Part shown: in pieces, positions 48,158 through 58,024 of the stretch | How positions within the stretch are numbered: position 1 is the stretch's first letter | Layout of the letters: each line of letters opens with the position of its first letter | Assembly: GCA_041690135.1 (NCBI GenBank) | Contig: JAWLHY010000006.1 | Span: 166,327 to 230,326 of the forward strand | Origin: Armatimonadota bacterium | GTDB lineage: Bacteria; Armatimonadota; SYMT01 | DNA length: 64,000 nt | Direction of reading: 5' to 3' | Made by a program: the position numbers and the translations under genes | The notes under the pieces: generated by a model | What the model was told of the DNA's origin: nothing | The model's database searches: none | The model's input: the letters and a program-made list of their open reading frames with translations, nothing else

Positions 48158-50338
48158 ATGGCTGATTCCGACGCTACTTCTCCCACCCTCCCCAGCACGG
48201 ATATCGTCTCGATCCTGGCCCACCCGGAGCAGGAGGGGCGCCTGGTGGTGGACGCTGCCTTCGTCAGCGCGAACCGGGCTAATATCGACTGGCTGCTCGA
48301 TCGTCTCTCCAAGTCCACCGCGGGAGTCCGCGGCCTCATCGCCGGGACGCCCCACCTCACCCACCTGTCTCTAGAAGAGGCATCGAAGACGACGCAGCTC
48401 AGCCCCACCATCGTGGCGATGATCGCGCAGGCCTACGCCCAATATCTCACCGGCTCCGCCCGGACTTCCGGCCAGGAGAACCCTACTGCCGCCGCCTTCG
48501 TCGGCTTCGATGCGCGCTTTCTTTCAGACCGGTTCGGGGAGATCTTTACGCGAGTATTCGCGGGCAACCAGGTGCGCGTCGTTCGCGACCATCACGGCGA
48601 GCCCACACCTACCCCGGTTACCTCGTTCATGGCGGTCTATGCCCATCTCTCCGGCGGCATCCAGATCACCGCCAGCCACAACCCACCTAACCATAACGGT
48701 GTCAAGTCGAGCACCTGGTATGGCGGGGTCGATACGGACGACATCTCGGACCGGATCGCGGAAGAGCTGCGCAAGCTGATCGGTGAAGGCGGGGAGATCC
48801 CCTTCGCGGCCCTGCCCTCGGCACTGGTCGAAGAGGTGGACGCGAAAGGGATCTACGGTGAGGAGTACCTCCGCGCCACGTTCCCCAGCGAGGATCTCCA
48901 GCCGCTGCGGTCGGCCATCGAGGGCGGCACTGGGTTCCTGTTCGACGGCCTGCATGGCGTCGGCGGCTCCGCGATGCAGCGTTATCTCGATATCCTGCTT
49001 CCCGATACGGACTGGTCCCGTTCCATCCAACTGCTGAACGACCGGCCCAACTCCAGCATCGGGGGGATCGAGAAGCCGGACCCCTCCGATCCGAACACGC
49101 TGGTGCTTTCCGGCGCGATCGAGTACCTCGTCGAGCACCCCGAGACCCTCGTGTCCGTGACCGCGGATATGGATGCGGACCGGATCGGCACGGCCATCCT
49201 GGTGCCCGAGAGCGAAGTCGCCCGCGCACGGAAGTTCGGACTGTTCGTCAGCGGGTTCGAAGGCGGCGTGTACGCGGTCCGCTTCACGCCCAACCAGATT
49301 TTCACGCTCATCGCTTACGACCGCCTGCTGAGCGCCGCGCGCCTCACCCCCGGCGAGTTGCGGGAGGCCGTGAACCGGGGCGAGTTCGCGGGCGAGCGGT
49401 ATCACCTGCTCACCACCATCGCCAGCAGCGTCCTCGCAGAGCAACTCGCCCGCACCTACGGACTCAGCTTCCACCTCACCGCCGTCGGTTTCAAGAACCT
49501 CGGCAAACTGGCGTGGCAGATCGACCGCACGGATCGCGGCGATGTCATCATCGCGTTGATGGAAGAGAGCGGTGGCGCCCAGATCGGCCCCTTCAAGCCG
49601 TGGAACTCGGCTGGCGACACGATCCACCGCGACAAGGACACTTGCGCCCTGGCCCTGGCGTTGTTCAACCTGGCCGCCCGCATGAAGGCGGAAGGGCGGA
49701 GTGTGCTCGACTTCTACCTCGAGATGGCGGAGCAGTTCGGCTCTCTGGCCTACTTCGAGCGCCTGGATGCCTACCTGCCGAACCGGGAGATGGCCGAGAA
49801 GCCCGAGCACGCCGAAGCCGCCAACCGGGTCAAAGCAGAGATCCTGGACCGCCTGGTCGCCCTGGAGAAGCCGGAGAGCCACGCCACGCTACTCCGCCTG
49901 CTGGGGTATGACCCGGATACGGCGGAGCGCGAGCCGACCACCGAGTTGAACGCCATCTCCCTACTGGTGAAGTTGGAAGGGACCTGGCAGACGATTCACC
50001 CCCTCGCCCACCGGTACCGCTTGCCGGACGGCGAGACTGTGGAGTTCTTCCGGGCCGGACCGTTCGCCCACGACGGGATGCAGATCCGCGTTTACGACGC
50101 CTCCGGCAGCGTACGCCACTGGTGCCTGGTGCGGGCCAGCGGTACGGAGGCAGTGCTACGGGCCTATATGGAAGTGGTCGAGCCGCTGGACAACCCCAAC
50201 CCCATGCGCCTCGCCGACCAGTTCGAGCCCCTCCTGCGCCACCTGGGCCTGGACCGCTACGCGATCGACGCCTCCCACCCGGATTATGTCAGTGAGTTCC
50301 GCGCCACCGTCGCCGGTAAATACGGCCACGGTTCCTGA
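48158..50338 (+). CDS. Alpha-D-phosphohexomutase (PGM/PMM family), long form
   Basis: GFDARFLS, ITASHNPP (phospho-Ser), DMDADR (metal loop), VGFK, EESGG, RDKD, RASGTE. Confidence 0.88.
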   Translation: MADSDATSPTLPSTDIVSILAHPEQEGRLVVDAAFVSANRANIDWLLDRLSKSTAGVRGLIAGTPHLTHLSLEEASKTTQLSPTIVAMIAQAYAQYLTGSARTSGQENPTAAAFVGFDARFLSDRFGEIFTRVFAGNQVRVVRDHHGEPTPTPVTSFMAVYAHLSGGIQITASHNPPNHNGVKSSTWYGGVDTDDISDRIAEELRKLIGEGGEIPFAALPSALVEEVDAKGIYGEEYLRATFPSEDLQPLRSAIEGGTGFLFDGLHGVGGSAMQRYLDILLPDTDWSRSIQLLNDRPNSSIGGIEKPDPSDPNTLVLSGAIEYLVEHPETLVSVTADMDADRIGTAILVPESEVARARKFGLFVSGFEGGVYAVRFTPNQIFTLIAYDRLLSAARLTPGELREAVNRGEFAGERYHLLTTIASSVLAEQLARTYGLSFHLTAVGFKNLGKLAWQIDRTDRGDVIIALMEESGGAQIGPFKPWNSAGDTIHRDKDTCALALALFNLAARMKAEGRSVLDFYLEMAEQFGSLAYFERLDAYLPNREMAEKPEHAEAANRVKAEILDRLVALEKPESHATLLRLLGYDPDTAEREPTTELNAISLLVKLEGTWQTIHPLAHRYRLPDGETVEFFRAGPFAHDGMQIRVYDASGSVRHWCLVRASGTEAVLRAYMEVVEPLDNPNPMRLADQFEPLLRHLGLDRYAIDASHPDYVSEFRATVAGKYGHGS

Positions 50339-50348
50339 AGGGGGGTTG

Positions 50349-50620
50349 CTCGCGCCAAGCCGCCAAGCCGCCAAGAAAGAAGGGCGGACACCAAGCCGAG
50401 CAAAAGCGCACAGGAAGTATCTGGTACTACTTAGACAGTCATTGTCGGGTCCGCCCGGATGTTGAAATCCATTGGCCACCCCGACCCAAACAACGACACC
50501 CAGGCTGACAACCAATCGGTTATCTGCCTGGGTGCTCTGATATTGTGCAGATCCAGCACGCTTGAAACGAAGCCGCCAATCCGATTCACCCTTCTTCGCG
50601 GCTTGGCGGCTTCGCGCGAG
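50349..50620. repeat. 29-bp inverted repeats built from CGCCAAGC 8-mers, enclosing a 214-bp spacer
   Basis: 50349-50377 vs reverse complement of 50592-50620: 27/29 identical; a partial third copy at 50631-50647. Confidence 0.9.
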
Positions 50621-50676
50621 GACTTCCCATCTTCGGCTTGGCGCGAGACCTTCCCCTCTCGGTAAACGGGCAGGCT

Positions 50677-52776
50677 TTAGCCCCGGAATTCCGCGGCGAC
50701 TTCGGTGCGGAGACGCTCGCGGGCGTTTTCCAGGCGGGCATCGACTTCCGCGTCCTGGAGGGTGCGGTCTTCGGCGCCGAGCTCCAGCGCGTAGGCGAGG
50801 CTCACCTTCCCCTCGGGGAGCGGTTTGCCGGCGTAGACGTCGAACAGCCGGACCGTGCGCGCCCATTCGCCGACGCTCTCGCGCAGGATCTGTTCGATCT
50901 GGGCGGAGGGGACCGTTTGGTCTACCACCACCGCCAGGTCCCTCAGGGCGCGAGGGAACCGGCTGGGAGACTCATAGCGCCGCTCGCCACTGCTGTGCCG
51001 GAGCAGAAGCTCGCCGTCCAACTCGAAGAGATAGACGCCGCGCGGCAGGTCGAGGGAGTCGGCGGTCGCCGGATGCAGTTCTCCCACCACGCCGATCCGA
51101 TCGGCTCCGGCGTAAAGCCACGCGCACCGGCCCGGATGGAACGTGGGCACCGCACCTTCCCGCCCCGTGCGCTCGACCCGCTCAGCACGAAGCTCGCCGA
51201 TCCCCAGGGCTCGGGCGAGGGCTTCCAGCGCGCCTTTCGCGGTGTAGAAGTCCGCGGCGGACTGTCGGTCCGCATTCCACACCCCGGACCAGCGGCTGCC
51301 GACCATCACGCCCGCGATAAGCAGTCGATCTTGCGGGGCTTCCCCGGCCAGGCGACTGTGAGCCCAGCCAGCCTCGAAGAGGTAGACATCGCTGATGCCA
51401 CGACGCAAGTTATGCTGCACGCCGGCGATCAATCCGGGCAGCAGCGACGGGCGCAGCATGGAGAACTCCTCGCTGAGCGGATTGCGCAGCGGTACGGCCT
51501 CCGCCGTTTCCACGCCCGGCCATACCGGCGAGACTTCGACTCCCAGGCCCTCGACCTGTGTTCGCGAGACGAGGGTGTTGGTGACGGCCTCGTACATCCC
51601 CTGCGCCAGAAGTTGCTCCCGCACCTGGCGCACCAGGTTCTCCAGCGCACTCCGTTTGCCGGGGCTCGTCACACCGCCCGGCATGGTCTCCGGGAGGCGG
51701 TCGTAGCCGTAGAGCCGCCCCACTTCCTCGATGATGTCCTCTTCGATAGCGAGGTCGGGCCGGAAGGTCGGTGCCTGCACGGTCCACGCTTCGGGGGAAT
51801 CGCGCTGCACCCGCATTCCCAGGCGGGTCAAGAACGTCTCGGCGTCCGCATCGGAGACTTCGACCCCCAGGAGTGCCCGGCAGCGCTCCGGCCGGAAGCG
51901 GATCTCCCGCGGCTCGATCGGCGTGGGATAGACATCGAGGACGGTCTTGCTGACCGTGCCCCCCGCCAGTTCCGCGATGAGCTGGGCCGCCCGGTCCGCC
52001 GCGCGCAGCACCCCGTTAGGATCCACGCCGCGCTCGAAGCGGTAAGACGAGGGGCTAGAGACACCGGTGCGCTTCGCGGTCCGTCGCACGCTCGTGGGGT
52101 TGAAGTAGGCGGACTCGAGCAGGATGTTGACCGTCCGGTCGGAAACTTCCGTGTCCTGGCCGCCCATCACGCCGGCGATCGCCACCGGCCGAGAAGCATC
52201 GGCGATGACGAGCATCTGCGGCTCCAGCTTCGCCTCGGTCCCGTCGATCGCGGTGATGGTCTCCCCGGCGCGGGCGCGGCGCACCACGATCCGATTCTCG
52301 TCCAGCAAATCCAGATCGAAGGCGTGGAGCGGCTGGCCCAGTTCGAACATCACGTAGTTGGTGATATCCACGACGTTGCTGATGGACCGGAGCCCAACGG
52401 CTTCGAGGCGGCGACGGAGCCACTCCGGCGAAGGACCGATCTTCACGCCGCGTATGATGCGGGCCACGTAGCGGGGACAGAGGTCGGGTGCTTCGACATC
52501 AACGTAAACGCCGGTCTCTTCCGGTCCGCTGGCGTGCAGGGCGATACCCGGATCCCGGAACTCCTGCCCCGTCAGGGCGGCCACTTCCCGGCCCGCCCCG
52601 CGGATGGAAAGCATATCCGCCCGGTTAGGGGTCAGCTTCAGATCGAGGACCGGACCGGTCTCGCTTTCGCGGATTTCCTCGATCTCGTTTCCGGTCAGCG
52701 TCAACCGGTCGGCCAGATCCTCGACGCTGCCGGAGACCTGGACATAGTCCTTCAACCACTCAACTGGAATTAACAT
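50677..52776 (-). CDS. pheT: Phenylalanine--tRNA ligase beta subunit (short, no OB-fold B2 domain)
   Basis: TPNRADMLS, VVDITNY, GQPLHAFD, SYRFERGVD, NPLSEE, C-terminal FDX-ACB (LFDVYAG). Confidence 0.96.
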   Translation of the reverse strand: MLIPVEWLKDYVQVSGSVEDLADRLTLTGNEIEEIRESETGPVLDLKLTPNRADMLSIRGAGREVAALTGQEFRDPGIALHASGPEETGVYVDVEAPDLCPRYVARIIRGVKIGPSPEWLRRRLEAVGLRSISNVVDITNYVMFELGQPLHAFDLDLLDENRIVVRRARAGETITAIDGTEAKLEPQMLVIADASRPVAIAGVMGGQDTEVSDRTVNILLESAYFNPTSVRRTAKRTGVSSPSSYRFERGVDPNGVLRAADRAAQLIAELAGGTVSKTVLDVYPTPIEPREIRFRPERCRALLGVEVSDADAETFLTRLGMRVQRDSPEAWTVQAPTFRPDLAIEEDIIEEVGRLYGYDRLPETMPGGVTSPGKRSALENLVRQVREQLLAQGMYEAVTNTLVSRTQVEGLGVEVSPVWPGVETAEAVPLRNPLSEEFSMLRPSLLPGLIAGVQHNLRRGISDVYLFEAGWAHSRLAGEAPQDRLLIAGVMVGSRWSGVWNADRQSAADFYTAKGALEALARALGIGELRAERVERTGREGAVPTFHPGRCAWLYAGADRIGVVGELHPATADSLDLPRGVYLFELDGELLLRHSSGERRYESPSRFPRALRDLAVVVDQTVPSAQIEQILRESVGEWARTVRLFDVYAGKPLPEGKVSLAYALELGAEDRTLQDAEVDARLENARERLRTEVAAEFRG

Positions 52777-52785
52777 CGGTGATTC

Positions 52786-53766
52786 CTAGAACTGCCGGAG
52801 CATGCGGAGGTCGTTTTCGAACAGGAGGCGGATGTCGTCGATGCCGTGGCGGACCATGGGCATGCGGTCCAGGCCGAGGCCGAAGGCGTAGCCGCTCCAC
52901 TCTTCCGGATCGATGCCCACGTGTCGCAGCACATTGGGATGGATCATTCCGGCGCCGCCGATCTCCATCCACCGGTGGGGCAGCTTAACCGCCACTTCGA
53001 CACCCGGCTCCACAAACGGGAAGTAGTCCGGACGGAACCGCACGGTGGCCTCGGGACCGAAGAGCTCCCGCATCATCGCGGCGAGTGTGCCTTTCAGGTC
53101 CGCCAGTGTTACCCGGCGATCCACCATAAAGGCGTCTACCTGGTGGAACGTGTGAGAGTGGGTAGCGTCCACCGCTTCGTACCGGAAGCAACGGCCCAGT
53201 GTGAACACGCGGAACGGAGGTGCGAGACCCGGCATCACCCGCCCTTGGAGCGCCGTGGTTTGCGTACGCAGGAGCAAGTTTTCGGTGACATAAAACGACG
53301 CCTGTTCGTCCAGGGCGGGATGTTCTTCCTGGAAGTTGAGGGCTGCGAAGTTGTAGGCGTAGTCCTCGACCTCCGGTCCGTCTACCTGCTGGAAGCCCAA
53401 CCCGACCATGATGTCGGAGACCTTCTCAAAAGTCTGGGTCAGGGGATGCCGCCGGCCCACGGCCGGAGTGCGGCCGGGACGCGTAACGTCCACTGCCTCC
53501 GCACGCAGCTTCCGCTCCGTCTCCTGGGCATACAATGCCGCCCGTCGCTCCGCCAGCAGCGCGGACAATTCGTTCTTAACAGCATTGACCCGTTGGCCGA
53601 AGGCGGGGCGTTCTTCGGGAGCCAAGGTCGGAATGATGCGCATCAAGCTGCTGATGCTGCCCTTGCGCCCCAGGTATTCCACATCGACCGCTTCCAGCTC
53701 CGGAAGGCTGCCGGCGGCGGTAATGCGGGTCGCCGCTTCCTCTCGCAACGTACTTAACTGGTCCAT
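52786..53766 (-). CDS. pheS: Phenylalanine--tRNA ligase alpha subunit
   Basis: GRRHP, LRTQTT, DATHSHTFHQ, RPDYFPFVEP, GAGMIHP, AFGLGLDR. Confidence 0.97.
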   Translation of the reverse strand: MDQLSTLREEAATRITAAGSLPELEAVDVEYLGRKGSISSLMRIIPTLAPEERPAFGQRVNAVKNELSALLAERRAALYAQETERKLRAEAVDVTRPGRTPAVGRRHPLTQTFEKVSDIMVGLGFQQVDGPEVEDYAYNFAALNFQEEHPALDEQASFYVTENLLLRTQTTALQGRVMPGLAPPFRVFTLGRCFRYEAVDATHSHTFHQVDAFMVDRRVTLADLKGTLAAMMRELFGPEATVRFRPDYFPFVEPGVEVAVKLPHRWMEIGGAGMIHPNVLRHVGIDPEEWSGYAFGLGLDRMPMVRHGIDDIRLLFENDLRMLRQF

Positions 53767-53871
53767 GGCACTCTCTTTCCCGGCAATCGCTCCAGCCGCT
53801 TGAGCCGCGCACCACCCCGTTCCCGGAACCCCTCGGCTCCAATGCTTATCGGGCAGGCGGCAGCAACACGC

Positions 53872-53917
53872 AAACGCCTCTTTGCCGCACCCGGAGCCGG
53901 GCGGGCAAAGAGGCGTT
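53872..53917 (-). terminator. Hairpin after rplT
   Basis: AACGCCTCTTTGCC ... GGCAAAGAGGCGTT, 14-bp stem. Confidence 0.65.
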
Positions 53918-53942
53918 GGTGCGGTGCAGCAGGAGAAGAGGG

Positions 53943-54305
53943 TTAGGCGGCGCCGAGCGCCTGGTTGGCCTGCTGCACCAGGGCGCTAAACGCGGCCGCG
54001 TCGTTCACAGCCAGGTCCGCCATGACCTTGCGGTCCACGGTCACCCCGGCGAGGCTCAATCCGTTGATGAAGCGGCTGTAGGTGATGCCCTGGGCACGGC
54101 AAGCCGCGTTGATGCGCGCGATCCACAGCTTGCGGAACTCGCGCTTGCGGACGCGGCGGTCGCGGTAGGCATACTGCCCCGCATGCATCACGGCCTCATG
54201 GGCCTGCTTGTACTGGCTGCTACGTGCGCCCCAGTAACCCTTGGCATCCTTCAGGACACGGCTATGGCGCTTGCGGGTCATTACCCCGCGCTTAACTCGT
54301 GGCAT
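53943..54305 (-). CDS. rplT: 50S ribosomal protein L20
   Basis: MPRVKRG...AKGYWGARS...[22 protein letters not shown]. Confidence 0.98.
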   Translation of the reverse strand: MPRVKRGVMTRKRHSRVLKDAKGYWGARSSQYKQAHEAVMHAGQYAYRDRRVRKREFRKLWIARINAACRAQGITYSRFINGLSLAGVTVDRKVMADLAVNDAAAFSALVQQANQALGAA

Positions 54306-54424
54306 TTCGTTTTCTCCTTTGCGGCGTTGAGGCCGCTCAATCTACGGGTCGACCGGACATCATGGCCGGGACCCACTTCTTTCGGACCGGGAGGAAGCCA
54401 CCCCCTCACCGGCCCTCGTTGGAT

Positions 54425-54628
54425 TTAGAAGCTGTTAGGAAGCAGGCGCTTGACCTTGTTGATCTCGCCGCCCTGCACCTGACCGTCCTGGTTCATCCGC
54501 CGGGTGCGACCACCATTCTTCTTGTTCATCATCAGGTGGTTCAGGCGGCTGTGTTCGTACATCAGCTTGCCGGTGCCGGTGATCTTGAATCGCTTGGCAG
54601 CGGTCTTGTTGGTTTTTACCTTCGGCAT
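54425..54628 (-). CDS. rpmI: 50S ribosomal protein L35
   Basis: [21 protein letters not shown]...KRLLP. Confidence 0.96.
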   Translation of the reverse strand: MPKVKTNKTAAKRFKITGTGKLMYEHSRLNHLMMNKKNGGRTRRMNQDGQVQGGEINKVKRLLPNSF

Positions 54629-54715
54629 TTTTCTGGTCCTGAGCCTCACCCGGACGGAAACGGCCGGGTGAGGAATGCTGCGAGCCGCACAAGCTCGCAT
54701 CATAGCAAAGGGGCC

Positions 54716-56461
54716 TTACTCAGTCAACTCCTGCTGCGCCTGCGCCAGGAACTGGCCGAGCGGCAGCGGTCCGAGGTTCCCCTGGTCGCGGGAGCGGACG
54801 GCCACGGCGCCGGCTTCGGCCTCCTTATCGCCGACCACCAGCATATACGGAATCTTCTGGAGCTGCGCGTCGCGGATCTTGGACTGCATCCGGTCCCCGC
54901 GCTTATCGACTTCCACCCGGAGACCGGCGTCCGCCAACTGCTGCTTCACCTGCTCGGCATACTCCAGGTGACGGTCCGCGATCGGGATGATGACGGCCTG
55001 GACCGGAGCCAGCCAGAGCGGAAATGCCCCGGCGAAGTGCTCGATCAGCACGCCCACGAACCGCTCCAGGGAACCGAACGGTGCGCGGTGGATCATCACC
55101 GGCCGGTGCGGCTGGCCGTCCTCACCCGTGTATTCCAGGTTGAAGCGCTCGGGAGAAGGCAACACGTAATCGACCTGAACGGTGCCGAGCTGCCACTCGC
55201 GACCGATGGCGTCGCGGACCAGGAAGTCGAGCTTGGGCCCATAGATCGCGGCTTCGCCTTCCGCTACCTCGTGCGGCATTCCCAGCTGCTGCACCGCTTC
55301 AAGCAGCGCGCTCTGCGACTGCTCCCAGTCTTCCGGCGAGCCCACGTACTTGCTGGAATTGTTCGGATCCCGCAGGCCGACCCTCGCGCGATACTGGAGC
55401 TTGAGGCGCTGGAACACCAGCATAATCAGGTCCACCACGCCATGGAACTCGGAGACGAGCTGGTCCGGCCGGCAGAAGATATGGCTGTCATCCTGCGTGA
55501 AGCCGCGCACCCGGGTAAGACCTCCGAGCTCGCCGCTCTGCTCCCAGCGGTAGACGGTGCCGAACTCCGCGTAGCGGATCGGGAGATCCCGGTAGCTGCG
55601 CCGCTCGCTGGCATAGATCTGCACATGGAAGGGGCAGTTGACCGGTTTCATCACGAGCTCTTCGTGGTCGCCGTGCATCGACGGGAAGAGGTTCTCGCGG
55701 TAAGCCTGCCAGTGCCCGGAGATCTCGAACAGCTCCCTCTTCGACATGTGGGGCGTTACCACCGGCAGGTAGCCGCGCTTCCGCTGCTCATTGCGCATGA
55801 ACTCGACCAGCGTCTCACGCAGGATGGCGCCCTTCGGCAACCAGAGCGGCAAGCCCGCACCCACCGTGGGGCTGACCATAAAGATCCCCAACTCGCGGCC
55901 CAGGCGGCGGTGGTCTCGCTTGCGCGCCTCTTCCAGCCGCTCCAGGTAGGCGTCCAGTTCCTCCTGCGTGGCGAACGCGGTCCCGTAGATGCGCTGCAGC
56001 ATCTTATTCTTTTCGCTGCCCCGCCAGTAGGCGCCCGCCACGTTCAGCAGCTTGATCGCCCCGATGCTCCCGATGCGCTCCACATGCCCGCCGCGGCAGA
56101 GATCCGTAAAGTCGTCGTGGGCGTACAGAGTGATCGACTCGCCCTTCTCCGCGATCTCCTCGATCAGCTCGAGCTTGTAGGGGTTGTCCCGGAATAGCTC
56201 CCGCGCTTCGTCCACGGATACCTCGCGGCCTGCGATCGGCGAATCGGCGGCGATGCACTTCCGCATCTCCGCCTCGAGCGCTTCCAGGTCCTCGGGAGTG
56301 AACGGGGTCTCGCGGTCGAAGTCGTAGTAGAAGCCCTCCTCGGTCGCGGGGCCGATGGTCATCTTGGCCTCGGGGAAGAGGTGCTGGACGGCCTGCGCGA
56401 GCACGTGCGCGGTGCTGTGCCGCAGGCGATAGAAATCGTCTACTTCAACCGGTTTCCGCAT
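54716..56461 (-). CDS. thrS: Threonine--tRNA ligase (lacks the N-terminal TGS domain)
   Basis: RHSTAHVLA, DLCRGGH, RDHRRLG, KPVNCP, RVRGFTQDD, HRAPFGSLERF; GGAGG RBS. Confidence 0.97.
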   Translation of the reverse strand: MRKPVEVDDFYRLRHSTAHVLAQAVQHLFPEAKMTIGPATEEGFYYDFDRETPFTPEDLEALEAEMRKCIAADSPIAGREVSVDEARELFRDNPYKLELIEEIAEKGESITLYAHDDFTDLCRGGHVERIGSIGAIKLLNVAGAYWRGSEKNKMLQRIYGTAFATQEELDAYLERLEEARKRDHRRLGRELGIFMVSPTVGAGLPLWLPKGAILRETLVEFMRNEQRKRGYLPVVTPHMSKRELFEISGHWQAYRENLFPSMHGDHEELVMKPVNCPFHVQIYASERRSYRDLPIRYAEFGTVYRWEQSGELGGLTRVRGFTQDDSHIFCRPDQLVSEFHGVVDLIMLVFQRLKLQYRARVGLRDPNNSSKYVGSPEDWEQSQSALLEAVQQLGMPHEVAEGEAAIYGPKLDFLVRDAIGREWQLGTVQVDYVLPSPERFNLEYTGEDGQPHRPVMIHRAPFGSLERFVGVLIEHFAGAFPLWLAPVQAVIIPIADRHLEYAEQVKQQLADAGLRVEVDKRGDRMQSKIRDAQLQKIPYMLVVGDKEAEAGAVAVRSRDQGNLGPLPLGQFLAQAQQELTE

Positions 56462-56517
56462 GATGTTTCCTCCCGGCGGTCCTTACGAGGGACGGCCCGT
56501 GATGGTGGGGTAAGTGA

Positions 56518-56596
56518 GTATGGAAGTATGGGAGCATGGAGGATCAAAGATGGGAGACGACTCCGGTGGATCTTCCATACCCCCACACTTCCACAC
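56518..56596. repeat. Inverted pair of 8-mer arrays (GTATGGRA x3 / TTCCAYAC x3) in the thrS leader
   Basis: gtatggaa gtatggga gcatggag gatc [23 nt] gatc ttccatac ccccacac ttccacac. Confidence 0.88.
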
Positions 56597-56683
56597 GAGA
56601 AAGCAGCCAGCTACGTGCCTGGCAACGGGAACCGGGGCATTCTACCAGACCAGGCAAGGCATGGGAACCGAACCGGTGTTGAA

Positions 56684-56713
56684 GATATGGTCAAGGATGA
56701 GGATAAGGAGGGG
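56684..56713. repeat. Degenerate 6-mer array, same unit as 40853-40914
   Basis: gatatg gtcaag gatgag gataag gagggg. Confidence 0.6.
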
Positions 56714-56745
56714 CCAATCCGGGATACTGGGGGAAAGGTGGGGCG

Positions 56746-57951
56746 TCAATGACCGCAGTAATGGAGGGCGGTGAAGGCGTACATGGCGGCGCAGTGGTGA
56801 AGGCGCTCCACCAGGACGCGCTCGTCATCGGAATGCGCGGTCTTGTAGGCGGGCCCGTAATAAACGGTAGGCAGGCCTGCCAGGTTTGCATAAAGATTGG
56901 CATCGCCAACCAGGGCCATACCGATCCGTTCCGGGGCACTTCCGGTAAGAGTGCGATTGGCGGAGGTAAGAGCTCGCACCACCGGGTGATCGGCCGGCGT
57001 CTCGAACGGCTCGCGGGTGCCTTCGAGCTCCACTTCCAACTCGAGGCCGGTCTCTTCCGACAGTTCCCGACAGAGCGACTGGAATTCCGCGAGGACCTCG
57101 GCGCACGTCTGTCCAGGTGTCCAGCGGCGCTGCCCCGTCACAGTGAGCGGAGTCGGTAGCCGGTTCATGTAATCGCCTCCGTGGACCGTCCCTACGTTGA
57201 TGCGCGCGCGGCCGCAAAGGGGATGTGCCGGCTCCCGTTCGAAACGGTCTTCCCACTCCTGGAAGCGTGACAGCAATCGGCCCAAGCAGGCTGCGGGGTT
57301 CTCCCGATAGGGGACGTGGAGGGTATGGATCGGACCGCGAGGGCTGCGAATCGTAACGGTAAAGACTGCCGATCCCAGGCTGGCGGACCAGACGGCGGAC
57401 GGCCCTTCCACAATCACCGCTGCGTCGGCCCGAAGCTCTCCCGCGTTCAGCAACTCGATCAGGCGTAGCGGCCCTTCCTTCTTGCCGACGGGGGTTTCGT
57501 GTCCAACTACTCCGGTGAGCCAGAGGTCGCCGCGGAGTTCGACGCCTGCCTTCCGCAACGCGGACGCGCCATGGACCATCGCGACCAATCCGCCCTTCAT
57601 ATCCTCGGCCCCTCTGCCCACGACCCAATCACCTTCCCGCGCCGGCGGCGTAGAATTCCCGATGGGAATGGTGTCGGTGTGGCCATTGAGGAGCAGGGCA
57701 AGGGGACGGCACTGGGCGCTGGCCTTCAGGCTTTGGGCCTCTCCCGTTGGGAAGCGGGCGTAGACGTTGGGCCGTCCGGGGATAAACTCATCGAGAGTGA
57801 CCTCGAGACCTTCGCGACGCATTAAATCCGCGAGGAAGTAGCTTCCCATCCCTTCAGAGCCGGTTTCGCTCTTGACCCGCAAGAACTCGAGGGTATCCCG
57901 GGCAATGGCCTCTACATCGAGAAGGGAGAGAATCCTGCTTTCGAGTTCCAT
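56746..57951 (-). CDS. M20 family metallopeptidase/deacylase (ArgE/DapE-like)
   Basis: GRPNV, NGHTDT, GRGAEDMKGG, YGP...AHSDDE; the usual EE appears as GHET. Confidence 0.88.
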   Translation of the reverse strand: MELESRILSLLDVEAIARDTLEFLRVKSETGSEGMGSYFLADLMRREGLEVTLDEFIPGRPNVYARFPTGEAQSLKASAQCRPLALLLNGHTDTIPIGNSTPPAREGDWVVGRGAEDMKGGLVAMVHGASALRKAGVELRGDLWLTGVVGHETPVGKKEGPLRLIELLNAGELRADAAVIVEGPSAVWSASLGSAVFTVTIRSPRGPIHTLHVPYRENPAACLGRLLSRFQEWEDRFEREPAHPLCGRARINVGTVHGGDYMNRLPTPLTVTGQRRWTPGQTCAEVLAEFQSLCRELSEETGLELEVELEGTREPFETPADHPVVRALTSANRTLTGSAPERIGMALVGDANLYANLAGLPTVYYGPAYKTAHSDDERVLVERLHHCAAMYAFTALHYCGH

Positions 57952-58024
57952 CCGTGCCACCGCACCTTGTCTTCGCTGCATATCCCTGGTTGGACAGCTA
58001 TCACAGAAAACTCAGAAGCACATC

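Noticed and set aside
50459-50665. 68-aa ORF inside the inverted repeats
   Set aside because: No RBS, it runs through the right repeat, and I recognise no family; a decayed gene cannot be excluded.
53800-53825. GGGTGGTGCGCG (- strand) upstream of pheS as a T-box
   Set aside because: It lacks the ACC of UGGNACC, and no stem I or downstream terminator is evident.
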